Source of the DNA: an uncultured Gammaproteobacteria bacterium
GTDB lineage: Bacteria > Patescibacteriota > Microgenomatia > Levybacterales > UBA12049
NCBI GenBank assembly: GCA_964477485.1
Contig: CAYZEE010000003.1
Location: 1-42,950, forward strand
Length of the DNA: 42,950 nt
Reading direction: 5' to 3'
In this document: positions 37,804 through 42,950 of the stretch, piece by piece
How positions within the stretch are numbered: the first letter of the stretch is position 1
Layout: each line of letters starts with the position of its first letter
Program-made: the position numbers and the translations under genes
The notes under the pieces: generated by a model
What the model saw: only the letters and a program-made list of their open reading frames with translations
The model's database searches: none
What the model was told of the DNA's origin: nothing

Positions 37804-39003
37804 CTAAACTACAAAAGTCAGAGCAACGCCTTTTTTCCCGGCTCTCCCTGTTCTTCCTATTCTATGGATGTAATCATCATAAGACTGAGGAGCATCGAAA
37901 TTTATAACATGAGTTACGTTATCTATATCCAAACCTCTTGAGGCAACATCTGTCGCAAGAAGTATCTGAATCTCGCTATTTTTAAATTGCTGCAGAGCTC
38001 TCTGTCTTTGATTTTGGCTTTTATTTCCATGAATTGCAGCTGCGCGAAAACCTCGCTCCACCAATGCCTTTGAAAGTTTTTCCATCCCCCATTTTGTCCT
38101 GCCGAAGATTAAAACCTTATTAAAACCGGGTTGAATTAATAGATCATGAAGTACATCTATTTTTGATCGTCCGTTTGATACCCGTATTATATCCTGATCT
38201 ACATTCTCTGGAGTATCTTGTTCTTTTACGCTTACAGTTACGGGATTTGTTACAAAACTGCGAAGAATATCTTGAGTTTTACCATCAACAGTTGCGGAAA
38301 AAAATAATGACTGACGAATACGGGGTAAAAGTGAAATAAGATATTTAATATCGTTAATAAATCCTATATCAACCATTCTGTCTACCTCATCAAGAACGAC
38401 ATTTTGGAACTGCATTAAGTTAAGTTTACGTCTCTCAATTAGATCTTTGAGTCTTCCGGGAGTACCAATAACAAAATGAGGGTTATGGGAGAGTGCATAA
38501 GTTTGTCTTTTAATGCTTATCCCCCCTACCGTGGCAACAGCCTCCAGGTCTGTTCCTTTTGCAAATATGCGGAACTCCTCGCTAATTTGAATAGCAAGTT
38601 CGCGGGTAGGAACTACAATTAAAACTCTTTGATTACGGTCCAGATATGACTTATTAATAAGCGAGATAAGAAAGGCAGCAGTTTTTCCTGTACCGGTATT
38701 TGCTATACCAATAATATCTTTTCCGGCAAGAATTTGCGGAATTGTTTTTTTCTGAATAGCTGTTGGGGTAGAATATCCATGCTCTTCAATGTTTCGCTTC
38801 AGCTTTTCTATAATAGGATATTCTGAAAATTCTACATCTGATTTAGATTCAGCCTGCATAGTTATGCCTGATGCTTTTTTAATAAAAAGGCTGGAATCAA
38901 GCTTTTTTATATGCCTTTTTGCCCCAAATTTAAAATTTCCTCTTGAGCCATCAAAATTATGGCCGTTACCACGGCTATGATTTGTTTGTTTGGATCTATA
39001 CAT
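37804..39003 (-). CDS. DEAD-box RNA helicase (DEVD variant)
   Basis: PTAIQ, ANTGTGKT, PTRELA, TPGRL, DEVD, SAT, HRIGRTGRAG. Confidence 0.96.
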   Translation of the reverse strand: MYRSKQTNHSRGNGHNFDGSRGNFKFGAKRHIKKLDSSLFIKKASGITMQAESKSDVEFSEYPIIEKLKRNIEEHGYSTPTAIQKKTIPQILAGKDIIGIANTGTGKTAAFLISLINKSYLDRNQRVLIVVPTRELAIQISEEFRIFAKGTDLEAVATVGGISIKRQTYALSHNPHFVIGTPGRLKDLIERRKLNLMQFQNVVLDEVDRMVDIGFINDIKYLISLLPRIRQSLFFSATVDGKTQDILRSFVTNPVTVSVKEQDTPENVDQDIIRVSNGRSKIDVLHDLLIQPGFNKVLIFGRTKWGMEKLSKALVERGFRAAAIHGNKSQNQRQRALQQFKNSEIQILLATDVASRGLDIDNVTHVINFDAPQSYDDYIHRIGRTGRAGKKGVALTFVV

Positions 39004-39005
39004 AT

Positions 39006-39263
39006 TTACCTAACTTCTTGTGGTTTGGCTTCTTTTACAACAATAGAGCGGTTATTAATCTGTGAACCGTTCAATTTATCCATTGCAAGCTTAGCTTCTT
39101 GTTCTGTTGACATCTCAACAAATCCAAAACCCTTACCTTGTCCTGTGTATCTGTCTATAATTACTTTTGCCGATAACACTTTCCCGATTTTAGAAAAATG
39201 TTCTTCGAGTTGTTGATCGGTAGTTGAATAATCAAGACTTCCTATAAATAATTTATTTGTCAT
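39006..39263 (-). CDS. Single-RRM RNA-binding protein
   Basis: RNP2 LFIGSL, RNP1 KGFGFVEM; SD AAGGAG. Confidence 0.95.
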   Translation of the reverse strand: MTNKLFIGSLDYSTTDQQLEEHFSKIGKVLSAKVIIDRYTGQGKGFGFVEMSTEQEAKLAMDKLNGSQINNRSIVVKEAKPQEVR

Positions 39264-39434
39264 ATTTTCTCCTTTCTTTGAAATTGTGCGTGAATACTTC
39301 TGCTTAGAAAATGAAGTTGCTTTAAGTGAGATACTATAGCGTGGAAAATTAGAATATCTTTATCTTATTTAAAAAACTAACTCAAATTTAAGCAGATGTA
39401 CCCTCGTACAATCTGCAACTTCCTAATTATAACA
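39264..39434 (-). promoter_or_regulatory. Extended -10 promoter and long structured 5' UTR of the RRM-helicase operon
   Basis: TGtTATAAT (39434-39426); hairpin GCAGA-T-TGTAC-GAGG-GTACA-TCTGC; motif CTGCTTAAATTTGA. Confidence 0.6.
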
Positions 39435-39493
39435 TAAATAGATTATATTTGCTAGGACTTGTAATTAAATCAAACCTCAAGTAGACTCTAGTA

Positions 39494-41125
39494 GTGGTAA
39501 AGCGTAAATTAGCAAACGACAGATCTCAGTTAATAAATTTATGGCGCCAGAAGGCGATCTATCAAATCTATCCCCGTAGTTTTAATGCTCGGGAAAATAA
39601 AGACGGTAACGGAGATTTGATAGGTATCATTGAAAAATTAGACTATCTGCAAGAATTGGGAGTGGATGTTATCTATTTATCCCCTGTTTATCCTTCGCCC
39701 ATGAAAGACAATGGGTATGATGTAGAAGATTATTTGGATATTAATCCCATGTTTGGAGATCGGCAAACTTTCGATCGGTTGATTGCAGGTATACATGAGA
39801 GGAATATGATGCTGATGATGGATTTTGTTCCCAATCACACATCGGATCAGCATGAATGGTTTGAAGAGTCCCGTTCATCCAAAAACAATCCGAAACGCAG
39901 CTGGTATCATTGGCATCCGGGAAAAGGTGATGGATCAAAACCAAATAATTGGATTAGCGTATTCGATAACACTTCAGGTAGCGCATGGGAGTACGATGAA
40001 AAAACAAAAGAATACTATCTTCATAGTTTTCTAAAGGAGCAGCCGGATCTTAACTGGGATAACCCGGAGGTCGTAAAAGCAATGCATGATACCTTACTGT
40101 TTTGGATGGATCGGGGTATTGATGCATTTCGCGTTGACGCTGGTCTTTATATTATAAAACACTCTAAGTATCCGGATGAACCGCTAAATCCGGATTATGT
40201 ACCGGGTATAAGTCACCCAAATGAAATATATATTCACACTGCGAGTAAAGATCAGCCAAGAGGATTTAAAAAACTAGCCGATATGGGAAATCTTGTTGGC
40301 TCGCGGGGGGGATTTGTAATGCAGGAAGTATATGTGGGTGCCGAAGAACGGACTATGCTTTACCGGCTTTCTGAATTTGGGCTAAACAGTCCTTTGGCCT
40401 TTGATCTTGTCTTGAATACAATGTGGAATGCAAAAGAGGTGAAAAAAGCAATTTTTGATTATTATGCTCTGTTAAAAAATGAGGACATTGTTCCATTGCC
40501 ATTGGGAAACCATGACCAATCAAGAGTTGCAACGCGCTTGGGAAGTCAGGAAGACGCCCGATTAGCGGTAATGCTGCAGATGACTCTTGATTGTGTTCCT
40601 GTTATCTTTCAAGGAGAAGAAATAGGCATGGAAGACGTAAGGATCCCACAGGGAGAACAACAAGATCCTTTTGTCGATAAATTACGAGATCCTGCACGAA
40701 CACCAATGCAATGGGATGACAGCCCAAATGCAGGTTTTACAAAAGCAGACGCTAAACCCTGGTTGCCTGTCGGTCCTCATTACAAAGAAAGAAATGTTAA
40801 AAAACAGCTTGAAGATCCCCGATCAATACTCTCGCTGTATAAAAAATTACTCGCTATGCGCAAAAAGAAGTTGACTCCCGGACGTCCCGTCACAGTCGAT
40901 GTAAATAATGATAATGTTCTTTCGTACACAAGAACTACAGAAGATGGTAAGCGTGTGCTCATACTGTTAAACTTTTCCGAAAATCCTGAATCCGTAGACA
41001 CAAGACCATTACATGTTATAGCCGGCAAGTTGCTTCTTACGACCTCTCTTGATAAAGAAAATGAAGCTATCGGCTTTAAAAATTTCGTTCTCAAGCCAAG
41101 AGAAGGATATATTTGCTTATTGTAA
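39494..41125 (+). CDS. GH13 alpha-glucosidase (oligo-1,6-glucosidase/maltase-like)
   Basis: YQIYPRSF, DNGYDV, DFVPNHTSDQHEWF, GIDAFRVDA, NHD, RDPARTPMQW. Confidence 0.93.
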   Translation: MVKRKLANDRSQLINLWRQKAIYQIYPRSFNARENKDGNGDLIGIIEKLDYLQELGVDVIYLSPVYPSPMKDNGYDVEDYLDINPMFGDRQTFDRLIAGIHERNMMLMMDFVPNHTSDQHEWFEESRSSKNNPKRSWYHWHPGKGDGSKPNNWISVFDNTSGSAWEYDEKTKEYYLHSFLKEQPDLNWDNPEVVKAMHDTLLFWMDRGIDAFRVDAGLYIIKHSKYPDEPLNPDYVPGISHPNEIYIHTASKDQPRGFKKLADMGNLVGSRGGFVMQEVYVGAEERTMLYRLSEFGLNSPLAFDLVLNTMWNAKEVKKAIFDYYALLKNEDIVPLPLGNHDQSRVATRLGSQEDARLAVMLQMTLDCVPVIFQGEEIGMEDVRIPQGEQQDPFVDKLRDPARTPMQWDDSPNAGFTKADAKPWLPVGPHYKERNVKKQLEDPRSILSLYKKLLAMRKKKLTPGRPVTVDVNNDNVLSYTRTTEDGKRVLILLNFSENPESVDTRPLHVIAGKLLLTTSLDKENEAIGFKNFVLKPREGYICLL

Positions 41126-42334
41126 CGCGCGGCTTGCTGCAGTTTCTTCCAACAGTATATTAAAATTTGCAAATTGTTTTTTTGCAGTAAATTTCTTTTC
41201 AACTGTTCTGTAACCTGCCTTAATAAATCTATTCCTAACGGCTTTATTGTTAAGAATCCTTTCTATTTTTTGAGCTAGATCAATTGGGTCATTAGGCTGA
41301 ACAAGATAACCGCTGTACCCGTCGCTAATAATTTCAGGCATTCCGCCTGTCTTAGCACCAATAACAGGAAGCCCGCAGGCCATAGCTTCGATAAAAATTT
41401 GGCCGAGTGTTTCATTCTTTTCTGCAGGAAGAACGAGAACATCTGAGCCTCTATAAACATTTGGCATTTGGTCCAACTCAAACATTTTTACGATTGTTTT
41501 GTTTTCGATATTGTGAATTTTTATATAGCCATGAAGCATTTCATAAGCACTTTTAAACTCATTCTTCAAATTGTCCGACGCCTTTGCAACACCAATGACA
41601 AGGCGCAGTTTTGGAAAACGGGGAGATAGGCGTGAGAATGCCTCGATAAGATTTATCATCCCTTTTTCTTTCAGCATATTTTTGCTCCCTGTAATTATTC
41701 TTCCTGCGGTTAATACGATCTTTACGTCTTTTTCAAGGCCAAACTCTTTTTTAAGATTAAATGCGGAATCCGCAGCGGGGTTAAAATCAAGGGTATTTAC
41801 TCCTAAATAGTCTGTGGAAAGTTTATCGATGTCGGTTCCTTTTTGGAAACAATCTCCCGTCACACTTCTGCTCACGCAGCTTACGTGATCCCACATGAGT
41901 TCATTGGTAAGCGCTATCTGTAAGGGAGTTTCAGGATACATGTGTAAACGAAGCATAAGCGGTATTTTGTGAAGGGCAGCTATCATATTGAGTCTTAAGC
42001 TATACGCTGCAGGCGGACCAAAAAGAATATTCTCCGCACAAATTACGTCAATCTTATGCTCTTTTATAATATCTTCAACTAAATCCGAAAATCCTTGTGC
42101 TTTCTTGGCAATATCTGAGGCCGAACGCTTTTTGCGAGGGATAGAAAGATTAGTGTCATAGTAGATGGTCATATTCCCGTCTTTGGACTCATGACTTCTT
42201 TCGGTCGTTGGCAGTATAAGAAAGGTTTCTATATCTTTTTGAACTTTGAAATAATTTATGAGGTTTATAACGTAGCGTTCCACTCCCCCAATGCTTTCGA
42301 AAGGTGAATTTGGACTTATAAATAGTACTTTCAT
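41117..42334 (-). CDS. GT4 (GT-B) glycosyltransferase
   Basis: GGVERY, KG, ETLGQIFIEAMACGLPVIG, GGMPEII. Confidence 0.92.
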   Translation of the reverse strand: MKVLFISPNSPFESIGGVERYVINLINYFKVQKDIETFLILPTTERSHESKDGNMTIYYDTNLSIPRKKRSASDIAKKAQGFSDLVEDIIKEHKIDVICAENILFGPPAAYSLRLNMIAALHKIPLMLRLHMYPETPLQIALTNELMWDHVSCVSRSVTGDCFQKGTDIDKLSTDYLGVNTLDFNPAADSAFNLKKEFGLEKDVKIVLTAGRIITGSKNMLKEKGMINLIEAFSRLSPRFPKLRLVIGVAKASDNLKNEFKSAYEMLHGYIKIHNIENKTIVKMFELDQMPNVYRGSDVLVLPAEKNETLGQIFIEAMACGLPVIGAKTGGMPEIISDGYSGYLVQPNDPIDLAQKIERILNNKAVRNRFIKAGYRTVEKKFTAKKQFANFNILLEETAASRALQ

Positions 42335-42411
42335 AGGAATATGGCCGTTTAAATGAATTGAGTAGTGAAAAGTTAAGGATGAGTACGATTTTACGTCTAA
42401 TCAGAATCGAT

Positions 42412-42483
42412 TCAAAGTTAAGCAGGCGTATCGCTTATAATATAAGCTTGTTTCATCATAACAGGAAAAAGAAGTAAAGTCAA
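42412..42483 (-). promoter_or_regulatory. Promoter and 5' UTR motif of the GT4 gene
   Basis: TTGACT (42483-42478), 17 nt, TATGAT (42460-42455); inverted repeat GCTTATA-T-TATAAGC; motif CTGCTTAACTTTGA. Confidence 0.65.
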
Positions 42484-42488
42484 CAAAA

Positions 42489-42857
42489 CTATAGGGTGAT
42501 AAGCTGAGGATAAGCGGAAATAACCCTACTTGCTTCATCGGAAAGATCTAGCTTATCTGTTTCTTTTAATGTAAAAAAATCAAGCAGTTGATGCTCCGAC
42601 CGTTGTATATCGTTCACGTTTTTATCGGTGAGTCTTACGTGGTAATAGTTTTCTGAAATGGTTTCTATGTTTTCTATTATTATTCCCATCTCTTTATATA
42701 CTTGGTTTTTTAAAGCCTTCTCAAAGGGAAAGTTTTTATTCTTAACAACAGTTACTAGATTCCAAGGATGTTTCTCGAAATCCAAAACGCCATTCTGCTT
42801 ATGCATTAGAAGTACTTTATTTTTGTAAGTTAAAAGAATTAAGCCAAGGTTATTCAT
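42489..42857 (-). CDS. Second degenerate Nudix-fold protein
   Basis: LILLTYKNKVLLMHK...HPWNL...FEKALKNQVYKEMGI retains only the tail of the Nudix box; TATAAT 6 nt upstream. Confidence 0.6.
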   Translation of the reverse strand: MNNLGLILLTYKNKVLLMHKQNGVLDFEKHPWNLVTVVKNKNFPFEKALKNQVYKEMGIIIENIETISENYYHVRLTDKNVNDIQRSEHQLLDFFTLKETDKLDLSDEASRVISAYPQLITL

Positions 42858-42950
42858 AAGAACATTATAGTCTTATTAGGAAATAATATGTTGAGCTGTA
42901 CGGGTCACATACTTTTTGGAATCTTTGTCTCAATAAAACTAATAGGTGAC

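Noticed and set aside
2342-41810. The many other 60-150 aa ORFs nested in or antisense to long genes (e.g. 6888..7301, 11509..11958, 35896..36162, 40780..41202)
   Set aside because: They lie within well-supported genes and show no recognisable motifs.
1-42950. CRISPR array, rRNA or IS transposase
   Set aside because: No regularly spaced repeats, rRNA-like stretch or transposase motifs seen by eye; intergenic gaps are all short.

Overview
AT-rich bacterial chromosome segment. Gene content (tandem GT-C glycosyltransferases, many apparently leaderless genes) suggests Patescibacteria/CPR, probably Microgenomates; this is an inference. Left part (1-10.6 kb): a surface-glycosylation cluster (YfhO-like, two GT39/ArnT-like, MptA/B-like, polyprenyl-phosphate sugar synthase) and a MarR-controlled operon with two adaptor proteins and a DHA2 MFS exporter. 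Centre (about 10.7-28.7 kb): an ~18 kb island at the 3' end of tRNA-Glu(CTC), bounded on the right by decayed tRNA-Glu sequences. Its minus-strand backbone is an orphan 191-aa gene, a ParB-DNA methyltransferase, a small-terminase-like HTH protein, a terminase large subunit and a large serine recombinase, with no recognisable capsid, portal, tail, replication or conjugation genes. Its plus-strand cargo is a VRR-NUC nuclease and a tightly coupled 7-gene defence operon: type I R-M with a wHTH-fused HsdM, a YgjP-like metallohydrolase, and an unrecognised trio (Mrr-like nuclease, 1198-aa Cap4-type nuclease with a helical-repeat body and no NTPase, small HEPN-like protein). Right part (28.8-43 kb): DUF167, lon with a CIRCE operator, a soluble MgtE-N/CBS protein plus Nramp-like transporter, a thermonuclease, two degenerate Nudix-fold proteins, an RRM protein plus DEAD-box helicase, a GH13 glucosidase and a GT4; two 5' UTRs there share a position-conserved motif. 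All calls come from reading motifs by eye; no searches were run.
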